Below are positions 35,971 through 44,484 of a stretch of DNA of 64,000 nucleotides, piece by piece; position 1 is the first letter of the stretch; every line of letters starts with the position of its first letter. The translations under genes and the position numbers were made by a program. This stretch comes from Pseudomonadota bacterium (lineage in GTDB: Bacteria > Desulfobacterota > Desulfobacteria > Desulfobacterales > Desulfosarcinaceae), in contig JAEYRZ010000180.1 in assembly GCA_023435265.1 (NCBI GenBank), forward strand, positions 10,439 through 74,438. The letters run 5' to 3'. Below the pieces are notes generated by a model that was not told the origin of the DNA, did no database searches, and worked only from the letters and a program-made list of their open reading frames with translations.

Positions 35971-38040
35971 ATGCAGAATGCGCTGTTCTCACCGGCTGAA
36001 ACCTATTTCCTGGCCATTCCCGCCAGCGTGGTCTACACCCTTATCCCGATCGTCGGCATCGGCATTTTCGCCTGGATGATCTACGTCCGGCTCAAACCGC
36101 TGCTCCGGGCGGCGCCGGACGTGCGCTGGGACCGCATTGGCGAACGGGTGGCGCAGCTGGTCAAGATGTGGCTGCTGCAGTACCGGCATCCGCGTTACAT
36201 GCTCGCCGGCGTGCTGCACATCCTGCTGTTCGCCGGCTTTCTGATCCTGGGGCTGAGGTCGCTCGAACTGGTTTTCGTGGGCATTATCCCGGATTTCACG
36301 CTGCCCGGGCTCGGCGGCCGCCTCGGCCACGCCTACCATGTGCTGCGGGCCTATGCCGCCACGTGGGTGTTCGTGGTGGCCGCGATCGCCATGGTGCGCC
36401 GCGGCATCGTCCGGCCGGCGCGCTATGAAGTGCCCGCCAAATACGGAAAGGCGCATACCGGTGAAGCGGTGTTCGTACTGGCCATGATCTGCACCCTGGT
36501 GATCAGTGAAAGCGTGTTCGAGGCCACACAGGCCGTCGCGCAGGGGCGGGCCGGGTTGAGCGCCCAGACCCTGCCGCCGCTGACCCTGGCCTGGTTATCC
36601 GCGCAGCTTCTCTTCGATGCATCGGGGTATATGCTGCAGTGGCTCAATTCGACCGTCTATTTCATCCACGAAGTGACGTTTTTCACCTTCTTATGCTTCC
36701 TGCCGCTGGGCAAACACTTCCACGTGGTCACGTCGCTGTTCAACGTCTTCTTCATGCGCCTGCGGCGCGGCAATGTCAAACCGGTGCGCCACGGCATCGG
36801 CGACGAACAACTGGACGGGCTCGAATCGTTCGGTGTGAAAAAGCTGCAGGACTTCACTTGGAAGCACATCCTCGATTTCTACTCCTGCGCCGACTGCGGG
36901 CGCTGTTCGGACAACTGCCCGGCCAACGCGGCCGGTCGTCCGCTTTCGCCGCGTTTTATCTCGATCAAGGGGCGCGATCTGACCTACCGCCGGTACCCGG
37001 TGCTGCCGAACCGCAAAGAAGCCGGTGAAGAGCAGGCGCTGATCGGCAGCATCTATTCGGAAGATGAAATCTGGTCCTGTACGACCTGCGGCGCCTGCGA
37101 ACAGGAGTGCCCGCTGGGCATCGAGTATATCGATAAAATCGTGGACCTGCGGCGCGGCATGGTCGACGACGGTCTGGTGCCGCAATCTTTGCAGAAACCG
37201 CTGAGCGCTCTCGAAAAGCGCGGCAATCCCTGGGGAAAACTCGAAAAGAAGCGCGCCGACTGGATCAAGACCGTGGAAGACGGTATCGAAGTCAAGGTGC
37301 TGGACGGTAAAGCGAGCGCCCAGGTGCTTTATTTCGTCGACAGCATTACGTCTTTCGACGAGCGCATGCAGAAAATCGCCGCCGCCACCGCCAAAATTCT
37401 GCAGCGCAGCGGGATCGATTTCGGCATCCTGGGCAAAGAGGAAAAAGACAGCGGCCATGAAGCACGCCGCTTCGGCGAGGAGATGCTGTTTCAGAACCTG
37501 AAGACGCACAACCGCGAATTGATCCAGGAGTCCGGGGCCGCCGGCATCGTGACCGCCGACCCGCACGCCCTGAACGCGTTGAAGAACGACTACGCGGACA
37601 TGCCCCCGGCGGAACATGTCAGCGAGTTGATTGCGCGGCGGATCCGGGCCGGGGCGTTGAAGTTCAAACCCTCGCAGAATGGCGATAAAGTCTATACTTA
37701 TCACGATCCTTGTTATCTCGGGCGCCACAACGCGATTTACGACGCTCCGCGCCAGGTGATCGACGCCCTGCCCGGCGTCCGGCGCGTGGAGATGCTGCGC
37801 AGCCGCGACCGCTCCTTCTGCTGCGGCGGCGGCGGACTGATGCTCTTCTACGAACCCGAAGAAGAACAACGCATGGGCGTGCTGCGCGTTAAAATGGCGG
37901 CCGAGGCGGGGGCCCAAGTGATCGTCACGGCGTGCCCGTTCTGCCTGGTCAATATCGAAGATGCCATCAAGGTCGCCGGGCTGGAAGGCAAGATGCAGGC
38001 AATCGACCTTGCCGAACTGGTCGCGGCGCATTTGGAGTAA
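35971..38040 (+). CDS. membrane-anchored FeS oxidoreductase (N-terminal polytopic domain fused to an HdrD/GlpC-like CCG domain), Etf-associated
   Basis: The first ~270 aa are hydrophobic helices. Then come CADCGRCSDNCP, CTTCGACEQECP, HDPC and FCCGGGG..ACPFC. etfB and etfA follow directly. Confidence 0.85.
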   Translation: MQNALFSPAETYFLAIPASVVYTLIPIVGIGIFAWMIYVRLKPLLRAAPDVRWDRIGERVAQLVKMWLLQYRHPRYMLAGVLHILLFAGFLILGLRSLELVFVGIIPDFTLPGLGGRLGHAYHVLRAYAATWVFVVAAIAMVRRGIVRPARYEVPAKYGKAHTGEAVFVLAMICTLVISESVFEATQAVAQGRAGLSAQTLPPLTLAWLSAQLLFDASGYMLQWLNSTVYFIHEVTFFTFLCFLPLGKHFHVVTSLFNVFFMRLRRGNVKPVRHGIGDEQLDGLESFGVKKLQDFTWKHILDFYSCADCGRCSDNCPANAAGRPLSPRFISIKGRDLTYRRYPVLPNRKEAGEEQALIGSIYSEDEIWSCTTCGACEQECPLGIEYIDKIVDLRRGMVDDGLVPQSLQKPLSALEKRGNPWGKLEKKRADWIKTVEDGIEVKVLDGKASAQVLYFVDSITSFDERMQKIAAATAKILQRSGIDFGILGKEEKDSGHEARRFGEEMLFQNLKTHNRELIQESGAAGIVTADPHALNALKNDYADMPPAEHVSELIARRIRAGALKFKPSQNGDKVYTYHDPCYLGRHNAIYDAPRQVIDALPGVRRVEMLRSRDRSFCCGGGGLMLFYEPEEEQRMGVLRVKMAAEAGAQVIVTACPFCLVNIEDAIKVAGLEGKMQAIDLAELVAAHLE

Positions 38041-38087
38041 GCACTTTTTTTTCAACGAGAGCGAACCACAGCCATCAGGAGGGAAGA

Positions 38088-38876
38088 ATGGAAATTTTGG
38101 TCTGTATCAAAAGGGTTCCGGATACCGCCGAGAACGAGATCGAGATCAAAGGCGACGGAACCGATATCAAGCGCGACGATTTGGTCTATTCGGTCAATGA
38201 ATGGGACAATTACGCAGTTGAGGAAGCCATCCAGATCCGCGATCGAGTTGGCGGAACCGTCACCGTGGTCACGGTCGGCGATGAAGAATCGGAAGAGGTG
38301 CTGCGGCGCGAAATGGCCATGGGCGCGGACAGCGGCATCCGGCTGACCGACGCGGCCTTCAGCGGTTCCGACGGGCGCGGCACTGCCGCGGTCTTGAAGG
38401 CGGCCGTCCAGAAAGGAAAGTACGACCTGGTGCTGACCGGCGCCCAGGCCGATGACGGTGCGGCCCAGGTGGGCGGAATGCTGGCGGCCATGCTCGACTG
38501 GCCGTACGCCTCGCTGGTCAACCGCATCGAGGTGGAAGAAGGCAAGCTCAAGGTGGGGCGCGAAATCGAGGGCGGCAACCAGGAATTGAACGCGATCGCG
38601 CTGCCCTGCGTGTTGTCGATACAGACCGGCATCAACGAACCGCGCTACGTGGGCATCCGCGGCATCCGCAAAGTGGCCTCGGTGGAGATCCCCGTGCACG
38701 GCGCCGGCGATCTGGGCGTGGATCCCGCCGCCGTGGGGGCAGCGGCCGCCAAAGTCAAACGGTTGGATTACTTCGTGCCCCAGCTGGGTGCGGGCGCCGA
38801 AATTCTGGAAGGCAGCATGGAAGAAAAAATCGACAAGCTGATCGAACTCTTGAAGGCCAAAGGAGGGCTGAAATAA
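38088..38876 (+). CDS. etfB: electron transfer flavoprotein beta subunit
   Basis: Start MEILVCIKRVPD is preceded by AGGAGGG. Length is about 262 aa, with a typical EtfB N-terminus. Confidence 0.9.
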   Translation: MEILVCIKRVPDTAENEIEIKGDGTDIKRDDLVYSVNEWDNYAVEEAIQIRDRVGGTVTVVTVGDEESEEVLRREMAMGADSGIRLTDAAFSGSDGRGTAAVLKAAVQKGKYDLVLTGAQADDGAAQVGGMLAAMLDWPYASLVNRIEVEEGKLKVGREIEGGNQELNAIALPCVLSIQTGINEPRYVGIRGIRKVASVEIPVHGAGDLGVDPAAVGAAAAKVKRLDYFVPQLGAGAEILEGSMEEKIDKLIELLKAKGGLK

Positions 38877-39844
38877 TGGCTCAGATGTTTGCCTACATTA
38901 CCCATAAAGGTGGAACGATCGACGATTCGGCGGCCGAGCTGGCCGTGGCCGCGAACAAACTGGGCGCAGCGCAGCCGACCGCGATTATCGCCGGTTCCGG
39001 CGCGGAGCTTTCGGCCGTGTGCCAGGCAGCCGCCAAGATCTATCCGCAGGTCTGGAAATTCGATAACGCCGCCCTCGCCTATCCCAATGCCGAAGCCATC
39101 CGCAAACTGCTGGCCAAAGTACTTCCGGCTGGTGCGATGGTGCTGCTTCCGCATGATCATTTCGGCATGGACCTGGGCCCCGGCCTTTCGATCAAACTGG
39201 ATGTCGCCTATGTGCCCGATGTCGTCGCCGTCGAAAGCGTCGAGGGAAGCAAGCTGAAGCTGGTGCGCCAGGAGTTTGCGGGCATGGCCCACACCCATGT
39301 GACCTGCGATGCGGCCGCCGGGATGGTGATCACGCTGCGGCCGGGGGCTTTCCAATCCCCCGAAGGCGCCGCATCCGGCGCCGGGCAGGTCCAGGACAAA
39401 TCGGGTGAGGTCGGCGACCTGAGCGTCCAGCGCACGTTCCTGGAGGTCCTGCAGGCCGAAGCGGGCGACGTGGATATCACCAAGGCCGATGTGCTGGTTT
39501 CCGTCGGCCGCGGCATCGAAGAACAGGAGAATATCGCTCTGGCCGAAGAGCTGGCCGAGGCCATGGGTGCAACCGTTTCGTGCTCGCGGCCGATCGTGGA
39601 CGCCAAATGGCTGGAAAAGGCGCGGCAGGTCGGAACCTCCGGCAAGACGGTCAAGCCCAAGGTCTATCTGGCCCTTGGCATCAGCGGCTCATTTCAGCAC
39701 CTGGGGGGGATCAAAGGATCGCCCTTCATCGTGGCGGTGAACAAAAATCCCAAGGCGCCCATCTTCCAGGTGGCCGACGTGGGCATCGTCGAGGACATTC
39801 TCGAATTGATGCCGGAGTTGACTGAGAAGATCAAGGAAGCCTGA
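38876..39844 (+). CDS. etfA: electron transfer flavoprotein alpha subunit
   Basis: Its start overlaps the etfB stop. The C-terminal FAD segment is PKVYLALGISGSFQHLGGIKGSPFIVAVNKNPKAPIF. Confidence 0.9.
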   Translation: MAQMFAYITHKGGTIDDSAAELAVAANKLGAAQPTAIIAGSGAELSAVCQAAAKIYPQVWKFDNAALAYPNAEAIRKLLAKVLPAGAMVLLPHDHFGMDLGPGLSIKLDVAYVPDVVAVESVEGSKLKLVRQEFAGMAHTHVTCDAAAGMVITLRPGAFQSPEGAASGAGQVQDKSGEVGDLSVQRTFLEVLQAEAGDVDITKADVLVSVGRGIEEQENIALAEELAEAMGATVSCSRPIVDAKWLEKARQVGTSGKTVKPKVYLALGISGSFQHLGGIKGSPFIVAVNKNPKAPIFQVADVGIVEDILELMPELTEKIKEA

Positions 39845-39867
39845 TTTCAGAAATTTGTGGTGGCTCG

Positions 39868-39910
39868 ACAGCCGGGCGCGCCTTGTGCGCGGCCCGGCTG
39901 TTTTGTTTTG
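39868..39910 (+). terminator. intrinsic terminator after etfA
   Basis: ACAGCCGGGCGCG-ccttgt-GCGCGGCCCGGCTGT is followed by TTTTGTTTT. Confidence 0.8.
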
Positions 39911-40003
39911 CGCGCCGGTCCGGCGCAGTGTACGATCCGGCCGCGGTCACTGCGGGGGAAGTGCTTGAAACACAGCGGCGCAAATACAGTGACATGAGGT
40001 TTT

Positions 40004-40055
40004 CACCACAGAGGACACAGAGAAGAACAAAAAAACTTTCTGTGGTCTCTGTGGT
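40004..40055. repeat. 9-mer (..ACAGAG) tandem-palindrome hairpin element, copy 3 (two units per arm)
   Basis: CACCACAGAG-GACACAGAG, an A-rich loop, then TTCTGTGGT-CTCTGTGGT. Confidence 0.8.
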
Positions 40056-40164
40056 TATCAATAAGCTGAGGACCAACAAGCTGAGGACCAACGCATCGCT
40101 TTATTTATGCCACAGAGCACTTAGTTTGAAGGGAACGATCCCAAACCGAGGTTGAAACAGTTCA

Positions 40165-43100
40165 TTGGCGTCTTCACTTAAACGCATCATTCTGCTTGCG
40201 CTTGCGGCGATCACGCTGCTTGGTCTGGGGGCCTTGACCCTTGCCGGGTTTTATCTCAACAGCGCCTTCTTCCGGGACAGAATGCTCGCCTATGCCAACG
40301 AACGACTCGATGGCAGCATCACGGCCGCGGCGCACCGTTTCGCTCCGTTCGGCGGGCGGTTGCGCCTGAGCGCGCTCGAGCTGCGCGGCCCGGACGGGAG
40401 GCTGTTGTTGCGCGCGGACCGCGCCAGCGCCGAAATATCCTACGCTGCGCTTCTGCGCAAAACCGTGTACTTCGAGCACATCGCTTTGGAGCGGGGCTTC
40501 GTGGATCTGGCCTTCGATGAACGCGACCGCCTGCGGCTGGCCCAACTGGTCAAAGACGCGCAGCCGTCCGCCCCGCGGGCTGAAAAGGGTGACGGCTGGC
40601 AGGTCGTGGTCGCGGATTTGAACGTGCGCGATTCGACCGTTGCGTACCACCGCCCGGCCCGGCAATGGGCCGGGCAGGCCGCAGGCATCGATCTGCGGGG
40701 CCGGTTCGATCCCGGCCGCACGTCCGGCCGCCTGCGCCTGACCGCCGATCATATCGCCTGGCAGGGGCCCGACCGCGCGGGGCGTTACGACCGACCGGAG
40801 ATCGAGGCGGATTTCCAGCCGGAGGCGGAGAACCCGCTGCGCCTTGCCGCGGCGGTAGCCGGGAGCCGAGTGGCGTTTGCGGGAGAATTCCAGCCGGATG
40901 CGCGGCAGCCCCGTCTGCGGGGCGCGCTCGATTTCGATGTCGACCTCCCCCGCGTGCGCGCCTGGCTGCCCGCATCGATCGAACTCGGCGGGCGCGCCGC
41001 CGGCCGGCTGACCGTGAACGGTCTTCTATTCGACCCCGATGCCGACCTTTCGATCACCCTCCTGGACGGCCGGGTGGCCGCAGTGCCGTTCGAACGGCTG
41101 GAAGTCAAGGCAGGGTTGCGCCAAAGACGCGTCGCCATCGAACGGTTGTACAGCCGGGCGCCCTGGGGCGAATCTACGGCGAGCGGGGAGATCGATCTGC
41201 GCCCCGTCTTCAAAGTCGACTTGAGAGGCTTCGAAGAAGCGCCTGCGCCCTACCGGCTGAACCTGACGGCCGAAGGGATTCAGCCGGCTTTGATTCCCGT
41301 TTTCGGCTGGACGCGGGAGGGGGTCTACAACGCCGATGTGCGGGCCGAGGGGCGGGGCTGGGCCGCTCGCGACCGCTCCGGCCGGGCGCAGCTCGCGCTG
41401 AACATGCAGAAGGCGAAGGCGGTTGAAGGCGGAGCGCCGCTGGACGGCGCCTTGACGGCCGAATTGGAGTGGGCGGGGCAGACACTGTCGGTCGTCCGAA
41501 GCCGGCTGGCCCTCGGGCCCAACCGCGCCGACCTCGTGGGACGCTTCGATTTCCAGCAGGGCCGGTTGGATGCCCGGGCCGACCTTTCCCTTGAGCGCCT
41601 CGGCGACCTTGGGCCGGGCCTGGGCATCGAGCTGCCCGCCGGGCGCGGCACGCTTCACCTGACGGCCTCCGGCGCCCTCGCGCGGCCCTCGGTCCAGGCC
41701 AGGATCGAGGCGCACGATATTACCTATTCCGAATGGCAGGCACAGCATCTGGCCGCTGAAATGCGCCTGGCGCCCGACGGCGTGCTGAGCATCGATCGGC
41801 TCGATCTTCAGAAGGACAAGGCCGGCGTGACCGGTTCGGGCCATATCGGTCTGCTGGATTCCGAAGGCGCCTTGCGCGATTCACCGCCAATTTCGGCTGC
41901 ATTGAAGCTGCGCAACCTTTCACCCGCCGATTTGGGGTTGTCCCAGGTGCAGGGCGCCCTGAACGGTTTCCTCGAAGTCGGCCGAACCCTGTTCGATCCG
42001 AGCGCACACCTGCGGCTGTCCGAAAGCACCCTGATCTGGGGGCCGATGACGCTCGATGCGCGGGGAGCGGCCGAATGGCAGTCGGGGCGGCTGACCGTTC
42101 ACGAACTCATCCTGGAGCGGGCCCGATCGAACCTGCGCCTCGCGGGCAGCGTGGCGTGGCTGGATTCCGACGGCGCCTGGCACGCCGATCCGGTGATCGA
42201 TGCCCGGCTGCAGACGCGCCAGGTGCGCCTGCAGGACATTGCGCAAGGTTATTCCGGAAAACTGGCGGTCGATGCCGAAGTGCGCGGCCGACCGGGCGAT
42301 CTGAGCGGCCGTTTCAACATCTCGGGCGGTGCGCTGGACCTCAAACTCGAGAAAATCGACACCTTTTCGGCCGAGGGTCGGTTATCCGGTGCGCGCATCG
42401 AAGTGCAGAAGGTGGTCGCGGTCCTGGCTCCCGGCGAGGTCCTGCGCGGACACGGTGCGTATGGATGGGACCAGGGGTTTGAACTGGCGCTGGACGGCGA
42501 CGACATCGATCTGAGCAACCTGCGGTTTCTAAAGGCCGCCGGACCGGTGCAGGGCCGCCTGCGCCTGCATGTCGCGGGCAACGGAACGCTTCAGGCGCCG
42601 CAGATCGAGGCGGTTGCCGCGGTTTCCGGACCGAAATACCGCGAGCAGGCGTTCGATGATTTTCATGCCGAGGCCCGTTTGACCGGTCGGCGCCTGGAGC
42701 TCTCCGCAGACCTGAATTTTCATCTGGCATCGCGGGTCGATCTGGAAGGCGGCGATTTCGAAATCGAAGCAGATTTCGCGCGCACCGATCTGACGCCCTA
42801 CTTGACCCTGGCCGCAGGCAAGCTGTTGAGCGGCCGCATGACCGGCAGCCTGGACCTCGCGGGCAATATGCGCGCCCCCCTTTCGCTGAACGGCCGCCTC
42901 GACCTGGCCGAAATCCGCGTCACCTATCAGGAGACCCCGCTGGTGAGCGCCCAGGCGGTGCACATCGGTATGCGCGACGGCGTCGTCGATGTGCCGGCCG
43001 TGCAGCTCGATTTAGCCCAGCGCGGGTATCTGGAGCTGAAGGCCGGCGGCGATTTGCGGCGCGATTTCGCGGCGCGGGTACAAGGACGCCTGCCCCTTGC

Positions 43101-44355
43101 GGCGCTCTCGCTTTTCAGCGAATCGCTCGGCGAAGCCGAAGGCGCCGTGGTGCTGCGGGCCCAGGCCGGCGGCCCGCTCGAGCGTCTGGAATGGCAGGCC
43201 GAAATTCAGTTCGATCAGGCCGGTTTTGTGATTCCGGAGCTGCTGCAGTCGGTCCAGGACCTCAACGGCAGCATCCGCCTGGGAGCGGACGCGCTGTCCG
43301 TGGAGAACCTCGCGGGCCGCATCGAGACCGGAAGCTTCACCTTAAACGGCAGGGTCGAACTTCGGGATTGGCAACCGGTCGGCGGGCGCCTCGCGCTGCG
43401 TGCCCAGGCGCTGCCGCTGTACTGGCCCGATACCGCCGATTTCCTGGTCAGCGGGGAGCTGGATCTGACCGGCACTGCGCAGCAAGCCCGGCTGGCGGGC
43501 GACGTGGTGCTCCTGGAAGGCGTCTACTACAAAGACTTCCGCCTCAATCTGCTGGCCGCGATCGCCGACCGCCGGCGTGCCGAGCTTCCCTCGATGCCGG
43601 CCGAAAAACCGGAATGGATGCGACGCATCGCCCTGAGCATCGATCTTTCACACCGCTACCCGTTCATGGTGGACAACAATATCGCCCAACTGACCATCGC
43701 GCCGGATTTCAAAATCGGCGGTACGCTGGCCGCACCCCTGATTTCCGGCCGCGCCGCAGTGGTGGAAGGCGAGATCGTGTACCGGCGCAAATCCTTTGAC
43801 GTGACCCGCGGAGTGGTCGATTTCGTCAATCCATACCGGAACGAGCCCAATCTCGACATCGCCGCCGAAACCACCATCGGAAAGTACGATGTCGGCCTTT
43901 CGGTCAGCGGGACGCCGGCCCAGCTGGCGTTCACCCTCAATTCCGACCCGCCGCTTTCCGACAATGACATCCTGTCGCTGATACTGGTCGGACGCACCTC
44001 CGAAGAACTTTCGGCGGGCGGGGGCGGGCCGTCCACCGGCCAGATGCTGAGTTCGCTGCTCGCCACGGCCTGGGGCGAAGACATCCGGCAGCGCACCGGA
44101 GTGGACATCCTGGAAGTCGAGACCGGTGCTCAGAGCGGCGAACCGCGGCAATCCGAGGACCGCATCCAGGTCACCGTGGGCAAACGGCTCAGTCCCAGGC
44201 TGACCATAAAATACGAGGTCGAAACCGCCGCCGGTGAAAGGGTTCAGAGAGCCGTTTCCGAGTATCGCTTCATGGAGAACATCTTTGCCAAAGGCTTTCA
44301 GGACACGGAAGGCAAGTACGGCGGCGAGATGCTGTTCCGGCTGGAATTCCGCTAA
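40165..44355 (+). CDS. tamB: translocation and assembly module protein TamB-like (AsmA/DUF490 family)
   Basis: 1396 aa with an N-terminal membrane anchor LKRIILLALAAITLLGLGAL and a long repetitive beta-rich body. The C-terminal DUF490-like segment is GTLAAPLISGRAAVVEGEIVYRRKSFDVTRGVVDF...LNSDPPLSDNDILSLILVGR. The start is TTG, as given in the track. Confidence 0.8.
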   Translation: MASSLKRIILLALAAITLLGLGALTLAGFYLNSAFFRDRMLAYANERLDGSITAAAHRFAPFGGRLRLSALELRGPDGRLLLRADRASAEISYAALLRKTVYFEHIALERGFVDLAFDERDRLRLAQLVKDAQPSAPRAEKGDGWQVVVADLNVRDSTVAYHRPARQWAGQAAGIDLRGRFDPGRTSGRLRLTADHIAWQGPDRAGRYDRPEIEADFQPEAENPLRLAAAVAGSRVAFAGEFQPDARQPRLRGALDFDVDLPRVRAWLPASIELGGRAAGRLTVNGLLFDPDADLSITLLDGRVAAVPFERLEVKAGLRQRRVAIERLYSRAPWGESTASGEIDLRPVFKVDLRGFEEAPAPYRLNLTAEGIQPALIPVFGWTREGVYNADVRAEGRGWAARDRSGRAQLALNMQKAKAVEGGAPLDGALTAELEWAGQTLSVVRSRLALGPNRADLVGRFDFQQGRLDARADLSLERLGDLGPGLGIELPAGRGTLHLTASGALARPSVQARIEAHDITYSEWQAQHLAAEMRLAPDGVLSIDRLDLQKDKAGVTGSGHIGLLDSEGALRDSPPISAALKLRNLSPADLGLSQVQGALNGFLEVGRTLFDPSAHLRLSESTLIWGPMTLDARGAAEWQSGRLTVHELILERARSNLRLAGSVAWLDSDGAWHADPVIDARLQTRQVRLQDIAQGYSGKLAVDAEVRGRPGDLSGRFNISGGALDLKLEKIDTFSAEGRLSGARIEVQKVVAVLAPGEVLRGHGAYGWDQGFELALDGDDIDLSNLRFLKAAGPVQGRLRLHVAGNGTLQAPQIEAVAAVSGPKYREQAFDDFHAEARLTGRRLELSADLNFHLASRVDLEGGDFEIEADFARTDLTPYLTLAAGKLLSGRMTGSLDLAGNMRAPLSLNGRLDLAEIRVTYQETPLVSAQAVHIGMRDGVVDVPAVQLDLAQRGYLELKAGGDLRRDFAARVQGRLPLAALSLFSESLGEAEGAVVLRAQAGGPLERLEWQAEIQFDQAGFVIPELLQSVQDLNGSIRLGADALSVENLAGRIETGSFTLNGRVELRDWQPVGGRLALRAQALPLYWPDTADFLVSGELDLTGTAQQARLAGDVVLLEGVYYKDFRLNLLAAIADRRRAELPSMPAEKPEWMRRIALSIDLSHRYPFMVDNNIAQLTIAPDFKIGGTLAAPLISGRAAVVEGEIVYRRKSFDVTRGVVDFVNPYRNEPNLDIAAETTIGKYDVGLSVSGTPAQLAFTLNSDPPLSDNDILSLILVGRTSEELSAGGGGPSTGQMLSSLLATAWGEDIRQRTGVDILEVETGAQSGEPRQSEDRIQVTVGKRLSPRLTIKYEVETAAGERVQRAVSEYRFMENIFAKGFQDTEGKYGGEMLFRLEFR

Positions 44356-44484
44356 GCGGCTCCCGTGATCTCTTGATGCCGGAGCGCGCTTTCACTATGC
44401 TGGGCTACCACTCCGACAGCGTCCCGGCGAATCCCGCGAGCGAAGCCGGGTCGTCTGCGATCGGACCAGGGGGCATATTCGAAG

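Noticed and set aside
36691-38055. A 454-aa minus-strand ORF opposite the FeS oxidoreductase. Similar long antisense or off-frame ORFs occur elsewhere (774..2111, 1903..3420, 3273..4478, 5345..6418, 28089..29168, 28190..29347, 29332..30966, 50592..51743, 52384..53646, 54990..56216, 57054..58124).
   Set aside because: Each overlaps a gene with clear family motifs on the other strand or frame. The translations are Arg/Gly/Ala/Pro/His-rich with no domains. They are an expected artefact of about 65% GC.
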